This document shows positions 9,663-18,660 of a DNA stretch of 22,152 nucleotides, piece by piece; the first letter of the stretch is position 1, and every line of letters begins with the position of its first letter. Source of the stretch: Octopus sinensis (Eukaryota); assembly GCF_006345805.1 (NCBI RefSeq), contig NW_021837002.1, positions 1 to 22,152 of the forward strand, read 5' to 3'. The notes beneath the pieces are model-generated. The model saw nothing but the letters and a program-made list of their open reading frames with translations. It searched no databases and was not told where the DNA came from. The position numbers and the translations under genes were made by a program.

Positions 9663-9833
9663 CATATATACGACAGGCTTCTTTCAGTTTCCGTCTACCA
9701 AATCCACTCACAAGGCATTGGTCGGCCCGGGGCTATAGCAGAAGACACTTGCTCAAGGTGCCACGCAGTGGGACTGAACCCGGAACCATGTGGTTGGTTA
9801 GCAAGCTACTTACCACACAGCCACTCCTGCGCC
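9417..9833 (-). mobile_element. tRNA-derived SINE family 1, full length
   Basis: Minus-strand head GGCGCAGGAGTGGCTGTGTGG with box A (9813-9823) and box B GGTTCAGTCC (9771-9780). It has an internal TA/TG microsatellite and an AAAAGAG-type repeated tail; several homologues occur in the window. Confidence 0.9.
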
Positions 9834-10126
9834 TATATTTTGAAGATAAATAAGTTCGTTCTTTTCACTGCTATAAGAACAGTTTCATAGTTGCTGAAAT
9901 AAATTTCATCAACAGGTTGAAGAAAATGAAGAAAGAGAAATTATTTACTAAATTAGTTTATTTACGTTCATTTAATATTTACTGTACATTTATTAGTCAA
10001 AAAAGAAAACTGTCGTAGAGGATTACGGCATGAAATTTATATTAACTAATTCTTCCATACTAAGCTACAAGAGTTTTACATAATAATTCAAAATAGCCTT
10101 GTTGAATTAATAGACATGGCATAACA

Positions 10127-10518
10127 TATATATGGAAGCACTCCGTCGGTTACGATGATGAGGGTTCCGGTTGATCCGAATCAACGGAACAGCCTGCTCG
10201 TGAAATTAACGTGTAAGTGGCTGAGCACTCCACAGACACGTGCACCCTTAACGCAGTTCTCGGGGATATTCAGCGTGACACAGAGAGTGACAAAGCCGGC
10301 CTCTTGAAATACAGGTACAACAGAAACAGGAAGTAAGAGTGAGAGAAAGTTGTGGTGAAAGAGTACAGCAGGGATCACCACCATCCCTTGTCGGAGCCTC
10401 GTGGAGCTTTTAGGTGTTTTCGCTCAATAAACACTCACAACGCCCGGTCTGGGAATCGAAACCGCGATCCTATGACCGCGAGTCCGCTGCCCTAGCCACT
10501 GGGCCATTGCGCCTCCAC
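10127..10518 (-). mobile_element. tRNA-derived SINE family 2, full length with 13-bp TSD
   Basis: Box A TGGCCCAGTGG (10496-10506) and box B GGTTTCGATTCC (10452-10463). Perfect TSD ACATGGCATAACA at 10114-10126 and 10519-10531. Confidence 0.92.
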
Positions 10519-10547
10519 ACATGGCATAACAATAACCTATATCACAA

Positions 10548-10626
10548 GAGAGTGAGTGTCGTGGAAATGAGTGACAACCAACGATCATTGAGAGTGAGTG
10601 TCGTGGAATCGAGTGACAACCAACGA
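10548..10626 (+). repeat. 42-bp tandem duplication (2 copies)
   Basis: gagagtgagtgtcgtggaa..gagtgacaaccaacga at 10548 and 10590. Confidence 0.9.
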
Positions 10627-10748
10627 ACACTGATTAATCTCCCAAAATCAGGGTTTTTATAACTGCTCATACCTGAATTCTAAGAACTGTATTTCGTGAA
10701 AGATTTCTCTTTGACGAATATGGGCAGTAATTTTAACCAATGGGAACT

Positions 10749-10839
10749 GTCTTCTACTATAACCTCGGGCCGGCCAAAGCCTTGTGAGTGGATTTGGTAG
10801 ACGGAAACTGAAAGAAACTCATCACATATATGTATATAC

Positions 10840-10895
<56 letters not shown>

Positions 10896-11125
10896 TGTGT
10901 GTGGTGTGTGTGTGCCTGTGTTTGTCCCCCCCAACATCGCTTGACAACCGATGCTGGTGTGTTTACGTCCCCGTAACATAGCGGTTCGGCAAAATAAACC
11001 GATAGAATAAGTACTAGGCTTACAACAAATAAGTCCTTGGTTCGATCTGTTCGACTAAAGGCGGTACTCCAGCATGGCCACAGTAAAAAATGATTGAAAC
11101 AAGTAAAAGAATAAAAGAGTAAAAG
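10749..11125 (+). mobile_element. SINE family 1, 5'-truncated (no tRNA head)
   Basis: Starts gtcttctactataacctcgggcc; body and aagtaaaagaataaaagagtaaaag tail are homologous to 9417-9833. Confidence 0.9.
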
Positions 11126-11127
11126 TG

Positions 11128-11203
11128 TAGCCCCGGGCCGACCAAATCCTTGTGAGTGGATTTGGTAGACGGAAACTGAAAGAAGCCTGTCGTATATATA
11201 TAT

Positions 11204-11255
<52 letters not shown>

Positions 11256-11267
11256 GTGTGTGTGTGT

Positions 11268-11314
<47 letters not shown>

Positions 11315-11547
11315 TGTGTGTTGTGTGTGTGTGTGTGGTGTGTGTGTGTGTTGTCCCCCAAGCATTGCTTGACAACCGATGCTGGTGTGTTTACGTCCCC
11401 GTCACATAGCGGTTCGGCAAAAGAGACCGATAGAATAAGTACTGGGCTTACAAAGAATAAGTCCCGGGGTCGATTTGCTCGACTAAAGGCGGTGCTCCAG
11501 CATGGCCGCAGTCAAATGACTGAAACAAGTAAAAGAGTAAAAGAGTA
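11128..11547 (+). mobile_element. SINE family 1, 5'-truncated, in tandem with the previous copy
   Basis: Starts tagccccgggccgacc 2 bp after the previous tail and ends aagtaaaagagtaaaagagta. Confidence 0.9.
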
Positions 11548-11779
11548 TATACAGTGCGTCCAACGAATCTTCTACATCCAAGTTCGATTGGAGAATACTC
11601 TGCTTTCCAGCCATTTCTCGCGAACGTTTACATAATTGTCAATCTTTCGATCCGGAGTGGTGTCCATGTTATCACCATGAAGAATCGTTAGTTCGACTAG
11701 ATTAATGTTCTTTTACTGGCATTTAGTTACTGGAATGTAGTCAAGCTAGAGCAGCACTTTCGAAGAGTTTAGCCAGTCA

Positions 11780-11994
11780 TATTTCTTTTACTTGTTGCAG
11801 TCATTTGACTGTGGCCATGCTGGAGCACCGCCTTTAGTCGAGCAAATCGACCCCCAGAACTTATTCGTTGTAAGCCTAGTACTTCTTCTATCGGTCTCTT
11901 TTCTCGAACCCCTAATTTACGGGGGCGTGAACACACCAGCATCGGTTGTCAAGCGATGTTTGGGCGACAAACACAGATACACAAAGACACACAC

Positions 11995-12048
<54 letters not shown>

Positions 12049-12211
12049 CGAAGGGCTTCTTTCAGTTCCCGTCTACCAAATAAACTCACAAGGCTTTGGT
12101 CGGCCCAAGGCTAGAGTAGAAGACACTTGTCCAAGGCGCCACGCAATGGGACTGAACCCGGAACCATGTGGTTCGTAAGCAAGCTACTTACCACACAGCC
12201 ACTCCTACGCC
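11780..12211 (-). mobile_element. SINE family 1, full length
   Basis: Head GGCGTAGGAGTGGCTGTGTGG, box B at 12149-12158, same body and tail. Confidence 0.9.
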
Positions 12212-12639
12212 TATATCTTATTTCATCGGTCTATATTTACTGATTCGCTAAATTATGCTTTGACATTATGGGTACAACACCGCTTTGCACGGGAAAAACA
12301 TGCACACAACTACAAAACCGCTCACATACACACACAAAGTAGTCAGAGCAGAAATGTGAAAAAAAAAAAAAGGTGGTATAAAAGCAGCGTATGCATGTAT
12401 GTATGTTGTATGTATTTGCATATTCGTGTGCGTGCGTGCGTGTGTGTATTTTGATACAAGCTTGTGTCCAGGAAAAAGCTGTACTTACAGGTTGTGTATC
12501 AATTATGTATGAGTGGGTAGGGAATTAACTCGTACCTTTTATTATTGTTATTAATGATAATAATTCAAAATGACAGTCCTTGGTACTTTATTTTTACGAT
12601 AATTATTGCTCTCTACTTTTCTTTATGTTTTCCAGATTC

Positions 12640-12664
12640 TCTCTCTCTTCTCTCTCATTCTCTT

Positions 12665-12724
<60 letters not shown>

Positions 12725-12925
12725 ATGTATGTATAATATGTATATATATATATAAATTTGGGTTATTGGCAAAGAAACAATGCTTAAAGTTTAAGAGACA
12801 CTGTTTATATTTGTGCGCATATAATATACTTATATGTGTGTGTGCGTGCGCGTATATGTATGTGTTTGTGTGTTTGGGTCTCTGTATGTGTGCGCACGTG
12901 CACAACGCACGCGCGCACACGCACA
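12640..12925. repeat. Compound (CT)n/(TA)n/(TG)n/(CA)n microsatellite region
   Basis: Visible directly, with short unique interruptions. Confidence 0.85.
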
Positions 12926-13055
12926 CACACATTTTCTTCCGTTTGGTCTAGAACTTAGAGCTGTGCACGTAGCCTTTGAGGGTTCTTTGAGACTGGAATA
13001 TGTATGTAGACGTTATATACAGGTGGAATGATTGTATAAAGCAATGTTTTTTCAT

Positions 13056-13099
13056 TACTTTACCTCCTATGGGTAAATTTACCCATAGGAGGTAAAGTA
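13056..13099. repeat. Perfect 44-bp palindrome without spacer
   Basis: TACTTTACCTCCTATGGGTAAA|TTTACCCATAGGAGGTAAAGTA. Confidence 0.97.
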
Positions 13100-13314
13100 T
13101 ATACACAACCTAAGAGTACAATTTGTTACAAATTTTGAGGTGAAGGATAGATGAACAGGTGGCTTTATTTTTCTTTATCCACATTCTTCTTTGTTTTTAT
13201 CAGTTTATTTCTATTACAACAGACACTACGGCAGTATCTGTATGCCTTTCTCTTGTTATCACTCTCTTCAAGGATGAAAGCAAATCTCTGAGATTAAGAA
13301 ATTTATTTAGCTAC

Positions 13315-13425
13315 TTCATGGTTTCGAGTTAGATACCATTGCACAGCACCCCCAAGCAAGCATTAATTACCAAACCTCCAAGTCGAACAAAGCCTTGTGA
13401 ATGACATATAAGAAAAGGAAACTAT
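13315..13425 (+). mobile_element. Old, degenerate SINE family 1-like remnant
   Basis: catggtttcgagtt...ccattgcacagcacc...aagccttgtgaatga...gaaact, collinear with SINE family 1 landmarks. Confidence 0.4.
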
Positions 13426-13645
13426 GGAGTTGATGTGTCTCTTGAACAATCTATTGCCCAGTAGAACTTGAGTACGTTTAGCGGAGTACAATCTGCTGTA
13501 TGTACTCTTGCCAGGTCACTAATCTGAGGATTACTGCAAGTCTATCTCCCGAAAATTGTAATTGGTACTGCTTTTCCCCGCTACAGATTAATCCATTAAA
13601 ATATATATGTAAAAAAAAAAAAATCACTGTATAAGCAAAGGCGTC

Positions 13646-14055
13646 ATATGGTTCTGGGTTCAGTCCCACTGCGTGACACCTTGGACATATACATATACTG
13701 CGTGGCACCTTGGACTTCTACTACAACCGCGGGCCGACCATAGTTTTGTCTGTGAATTTGGTAGATGAAAACTAAAAGAAGCCTGCCGTATAGGTGTGTG
13801 TATGTGTGTGTCTATGTGTGAGTGCGTGTGTGTGCGTGCTTATCTTTGTGTCTGTGTTTGTCTCCCACCATAGCTAGATAACCGGTGTTGGTGTGTTTAC
13901 GTCCCCGTAAACTAACGGTACGGTAAAAGTAATCGATAGAATATATACTAGACTTTACAAAAAATAATAAGTACTGGGGTCGATTCGTTCGACTAAAATT
14001 CTTCAAAGCGGTGCTTCAGCATGGCAGTAACCTACTGTCTGAAACAAGGAAAAGA
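13646..14055 (+). mobile_element. SINE family 1, diverged, starting at box B
   Basis: ggttctgggttcagtcccactgcg..., body and gaaacaaggaaaaga tail. Internal 19-bp duplication actgcgtg(a/g)caccttggac at 13668-13686 and 13697-13715. Confidence 0.85.
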
Positions 14056-14284
14056 AATATATTTTTCAATTTTGTTTTCAGTACCTTTAAAGACTGTATT
14101 TATTTGAGTGATATATTACCTTTAGCAGTATATTTACCAAAGCAAGTAGAATAAAATAAAAATTATGAAATCCCAAGAAGTGCTTCTTTGGTCTTCATAT
14201 TTTATACAGGTCAGTTAGCAAAGTGGTCTGCCTGGAATCAAATCCATGATCTGCCGTCCGTTTCTACAACCAACTCAAAATTAT

Positions 14285-14441
14285 ACATGCATGTATGTAT
14301 GTATGTATGTATGTATGTATGTATGCATGCATGCATGTATATACGTATGTATATATATGTATTTGTAAATATTTGTATGTATATGTATATATATGGTGCA
14401 TGTATATATATGAATATGTATGTATAGTATATATATATATT

Positions 14442-14494
<53 letters not shown>

Positions 14495-14505
14495 TTATAT
14501 ATATA
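14285..14505. repeat. (TATG)n/(TA)n microsatellite
   Basis: Visible directly in the sequence. Confidence 0.92.
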
Positions 14506-14544
14506 AACTGAGCATGTGTGTCTGTCTGTCGGTATGTGTGCACA

Positions 14545-14700
14545 CCGCACTAAATGTTCATATAGCACCAGGAGAGAAGACCAAAATGACAAGATGAACT
14601 AGCAAAAGATTACTGGATAATTCCAGATCCCTGATTTTGGCTTTGCATAAGAAATGCTTTGCCTCATCAGTGGATATACTCAGATAGTAACATAAAATAA
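14545..14700 (-). mobile_element. Diverged homologue of the 478-bp unit (7570-7710 region)
   Basis: aatgttcatat.gcacca.gag...gcaaaa.atta.tg.ataattc.agatcc...tcatca.t.ga.tata is collinear with 7574-7700. Confidence 0.8.
14622..14674 (-). ncRNA. Type I hammerhead-ribozyme-like motif, family 2 diverged copy
   Basis: Minus strand: UCCA-CUGAUGA-GGC aaa GCAU(uucuu)AUGC aaa GCC-AAAA-UC(agg)GA-UC^-UGGA. It has canonical CUGAUGA and G10.1-C11.1. The only core deviation is G12A, consistent with CpG decay of CCGAAA. Confidence 0.75.
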
Positions 14701-14908
14701 TATATAATATATATATATATATATATAAACATACTAATACTTACATATACGAACGTTATACATACATATTATTTAAATTTATATAAATGTAAACATATAT
14801 GTATGTATGTATGTATGTATATATATATATGCATGTATATGTGTGTATATACATCTTCACATATATCTCTATGTATATATATATAAATATATATATTCCT
14901 TCTCCTAT

Positions 14909-14943
14909 GTTTCCGACGAAGAGCTCCGCTCGAAACGTGGAAC
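14909..14943 (+). ncRNA. Minimal type I hammerhead-like motif, family 3 (U4C, extra A after A9, palindromic ACGU stem III), probably inactive copy
   Basis: GUUU-CCGACGA-a-GAGC(ucc)GCUC-GAAA-CG-U-G-GAAC. Position 17 is G (GUG, non-cleavable). A T-rich tail follows to 15045. Confidence 0.55.
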
Positions 14944-15045
14944 CCTTCTTCTTTCCTTCTTCCTGAGCGTCCAATAAACTATATTTGTTCCACGTCCCCG
15001 CGTTGTTGTGTCTTTTTTTTGTGCTTTCTTGTTTGGATTAACTAT

Positions 15046-15762
15046 ATATATATACATATTATATATATATATATTATATATAATATATATATATATATAG
15101 TATATATATATATATATGTATATCTATATATATATGATATTTATATATATATATATATGTATGTATGTATATATATATGTATGTATGTATATTATATATG
15201 TATGTATGTATATATATATGTATGTATGTATATATATATGTATGTATGTATATATATATGTTATGTATGTATATATATATGTATGTATGTATATATATAT
15301 GTATGTATGTATATATGTATGTATGTATATGTATGTATGTATATGTATAATATGTATGTATGTGTATATATATGTATGTATGTATATATATATGTATGTA
15401 TGTAATATATATATGTATGTATGTATTATATATGTATGTATGTATGTATATATATATGTATGTATGTATATATATATGTATGTAATGATATATATATGTA
15501 TGTATGTATATATATATGTATGTATGTATGTATATTATATGTATGTATGTATGTATGTATATATATATGTATGTATGTATGTAATATATATGTATGTATG
15601 ATGATATATATATATGTATGTATGTATATATATGTATGTATGATATATATATGTATGTAGTATGTATATATATATTGTTATGGATGTCTGATATATATAT
15701 GTATGATGTATATATATATGTATGTATGTATGTATAATATGTATGTATGTATGTATATATAT
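15046..15762. repeat. Large compound (TA)n/(TATG)n array with loose ~20-bp higher-order unit atatatatgtatgtatgtat
   Basis: Visible directly in the sequence. Confidence 0.95.
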
Positions 15763-15848
15763 AGCATGTATATGTGTGTATATACATCTTCACATATACT
15801 CTATGTATTATATATATATATATATATAATATTTATGTATATATATAG

Positions 15849-16221
15849 ACTAGCACTATGACCCGGCGTTGCCGGGTATAGTGCTAGTGCTTGCTGTTCG
15901 TTGTCCGGTCGCAGTAAAATTTCTCACTAAATCAAGGGCTAAGTTCCTTATCACATTTCAGCCCGGGCCAGTTTTGTTGTTTATGCGTTAGTTGGAGTTT
16001 TTATGAGAGTAATTAATATTCATTGGACTTTGGTTTTCAAACCTGGAACGGCATAATAAGGGAAAATTAGCGGGACCGTGCACATGCCATTAGTCGGACA
16101 AAAAAGGAGGCAGAGGAAAGCGAAAAACTCGAATTTGGCCGAAAATAGCATGATTGAAAATGCACATAAATCTCGTTTGTTGAGTTTTGGTTTCACACCC
16201 AACTCAGTTCTGCGCAACCAT

Positions 16222-16225
<4 letters not shown>
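15849..16225 (-). mobile_element. Probable non-autonomous Helitron, 3' palindromic end at 15849-15888
   Basis: The minus strand ends caagcactagcactatacccggcaacgccgggtcatagtgctag|t, the same terminal palindrome as 7124-7164. The 5' end is lost in a TA run. Confidence 0.55.
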
Positions 16226-16301
<76 letters not shown>

Positions 16302-16306
16302 ATATA

Positions 16307-17577
16307 CCCAAAAGTAACCGGAAAACGTTCTTTGTGGAGCAGACCAATTGTAGTTGAGACCTCCGCCGCTAGAATCCACCTGATGCGACCCCCGAGCGTT
16401 AGTCTGCCGACTGGCAACAGTCTGCCGTCGGGCATCGTTTGCTAGAGTTGTACTGCCACGTGGTGCGTCATTGTTTTGCAATGCTTTTCCCCTGCATGCT
16501 TCTGGGAAATTCTATTTTCTGTTAAGGAAAAGGGCATCCGAAACAGCCGTCATGCTTCAAACAGTTCACAAGGACGTTGCCATGAACAAAACACGAGTTT
16601 CCGTGCTTTCGGAACGTTCACTTGTCAGGTCGACTGAACGAATGAAAACATCACGAAAATTCATAAACTGAACTTGGAGGACCGTCGCCGAACAATTGAC
16701 GAACTTGTTGATATGACTAGTGTATCCTGGAGCTCCTGCCAACTAATTTTGAGCGAGGAATTGCGAATGAAAAGAGTTGCAGCAAAATTTGTATCTTGCT
16801 TGCTCACGGAAGATCGAAAGCAGTCAGGACTGAATGCGCATCAAACAGCTGTAAGTTAATTTGAACAGCTGGAAGCTGGTTAGAAAGAACAGCTGGAAGC
16901 TGATCTTTTTTTTGATAGTCATCCTTAGTGATGAAAGCTGGTACTACGGCTACAACCTGGAAACGAAGCAGCAATCAAATTAATGGAAAGCATTCAATGT
17001 CACCACGTCAAGTGAAGTCCAGTGTCAAGATGATGTTGATTTGTTTCATCGATGTGAAAGAAATTGTCCTCACAGAATTGTTCCTCTTGGTCAAACTGCT
17101 AACCAGACATTTTACTTGGCAGTTCTGAAGCGTTTGCGAGATGCGGTGAGACGAAAATGCCCCAACCTGTGGCAAAGTGGAGAGCTGTAGTTTCATCACG
17201 ACAATGCGCCTGCGCACACCGCCTTGAGTGTAAGATAGTTTTTGACCAAAAATAGCATGACTCCGCTTACCCACACTCCCTATTCACCCGGCCTTGCCTC
17301 CTGCAACTTCTTTTTTTGTTCCCCTAAATGAAAAAAGTCCTTAAAGGAAAATTGTTTTCAGATGTGGAAGAGGTGAAGAGAAAAAAAAATGACGGAGGTG
17401 TTTAAAGGTATCACTTCGCCAGAGTTCCAGGACTGCTTCGAGCATTGGAAAACGTGCCTGGACCGATGTATTGCTTCAAATTGAGAATACTTTAAAGGTG
17501 ATAAAAGTGTAAACATGTAAAAGTAAGTGAATAAAATAATATTGTAAAATTCCGGTTTCTCTTGGGCACCCCCTTCG
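16307..17577 (+). mobile_element. Near full-length mariner transposon (about 1.27 kb), inactive
   Basis: The left TIR remnant cccaaaagtaaccggaa matches the right TIR ttccggtttctcttgggcacccccttcg|TA. Transposase homology lies throughout. Confidence 0.93.
16505..17520 (+). pseudogene. Mariner D,D34D transposase pseudogene
   Basis: HTH KFYFLLRKRASETAVML, EDRRRTIDEL, MKRVAAKFV (WVPHEL-equivalent), SDESW (D 16930), HHDNAPAHT (D 17200), YSPGLASCN (third D mutated to N at 17305, 34 codons after the second D), EYFKGD. Multiple stops and frameshifts. Confidence 0.93.
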
Positions 17578-18097
17578 TACACACACACACACATATATGT
17601 ATAAATATATATACATATATATATATAATACACGAATACATATATAAATCTATTTGTCTATGTTGTTCAACTATATACCACTAGCCACACTAAGTTATTT
17701 TTCTTATATCACTTTTGCTTAAATTATGCAAATTACCTAGGCTATAAATATGTTCTACGCGTTTTCGTATAACTTTACGTCCTTTGTGCTCTTGGAATAA
17801 AATCGGACAATTGTGCTGGTGACATTTTTTTGGCTGAGCCAAGAAAATGTGTCCACGACTGTCCTCTTATTTCCAGAGAATAATTCTCTCCTTATCCTTA
17901 AAATTATGTGAAATTTGGAGAATTCCTGAATCATGAGATAATCTCTCTTTCTCAAGTATTGTTTTTTATTACTATTTGGTAGTTATATAATGGATGGCAA
18001 CCTTTTCTACGTCAGTGGTCACCATTTTATAATGGAAGGCAAGGTTTACAATATCGGGAGAATATCGCCTCCCTCCATTATCTCTTTTTGTTCTTTG

Positions 18098-18513
18098 TGT
18101 AGTTCAGGCTCCGGCAGGTGAAGAGAGAAGACTTCAAGTGCAAAATGCAATTTACAACTGGTTTATTTACAGGTTTCACAGGATAGGTGAAGTGTGCTGT
18201 TCTCAGCAACCATTTTTAGCTGTGTGCATTGTGTAGTAGCTCCGTTAGTGCGGGCACATTGCCTCTGGAGGTACAACATACAGACAGGCCCAGCCAATGG
18301 AGCACGATCAGCAAGCGCTGCTGCTAAGTGGCGGCAAGAAAAAAGACTGAATCTGTTTCTGCTTTGCCCTTATATACAGTTTGCCATCGCGAACCGCATT
18401 GTGATCTCACGCATGGCAAATAGATGCAAGTGAGGTCTCGCTTCAGTCTCGGAGATGGCAATGGCTGCCGCGAGATCTCATCCAATACGGCGCTGACTGC
18501 TTGTGTCGCTACA
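18098..18513 (-). mobile_element. Solo LTR (416 bp)
   Basis: TGTAG...CTACA termini (TG..CA with a 5-bp inverted repeat). Minus-strand TATATAAGG (18368-18376) lies upstream of AATAAA (18162-18167). It is a GC-richer island. No TSD found. Confidence 0.7.
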
Positions 18514-18526
18514 GTTATGATACATC

Positions 18527-18660
18527 GGCCCAAGTCGACTTTGCCATTTATTCTTTCGGGTTCGATAAAATAAGTACCAGTTGAACTCTGTAGTTGATGT
18601 AATATCAACTAAGTCCCTCTCCCCAAAATTATTGACCTTTTGCCAAAATTTGAAGCAATT
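18527..18660 (+). mobile_element. Headless fragment of a third SINE family with a Nin/Inv-like central domain
   Basis: aagtcgactttgccatttattctttcgggttcgataaaataagtaccag...ccctctccccaaaatt resembles, from memory, the invertebrate Nin-domain core (gtcgactcagccttccatcc...gtcgataaaatgagtacc). Confidence 0.5.

Noticed and set aside
10440-10518. tRNA gene on the minus strand (also 9760-9833, 12140-12211)
   Set aside because: A and B boxes are present but there is no closed acceptor stem. Each continues into a SINE body, and one is bounded by a 13-bp TSD.
10548-10626. CRISPR-like repeat-spacer pattern
   Set aside because: Only two units with a 5-bp gap, eukaryotic context, no cas genes.
14210-14280. 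Possible host exon after the tttatacag acceptor (and a minus-strand candidate near 21942-22005)
   Set aside because: Splice-like signals are common in AT-rich DNA; the peptides are short and unrecognisable, with no matching partner exons.
15019-15793. Long ORFs rich in Y/I/H/T or C/M/Y/V (also 344-832, 10757-11635, 12580-12951, 14238-14543)
   Set aside because: They are translations of TA/TG/TATG microsatellites and SINE bodies, which lack stop codons by composition; no coding evidence.
16471-17520. SETMAR or a domesticated transposase gene
   Set aside because: No SET domain, TIRs present, multiple stops and frameshifts, and the third catalytic Asp is mutated.
18098-18513. LTR belonging to the Gypsy fragment at 1-478
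   Set aside because: Opposite orientation, 17.6 kb apart, with no PBS, PPT or internal sequence adjoining the LTR.
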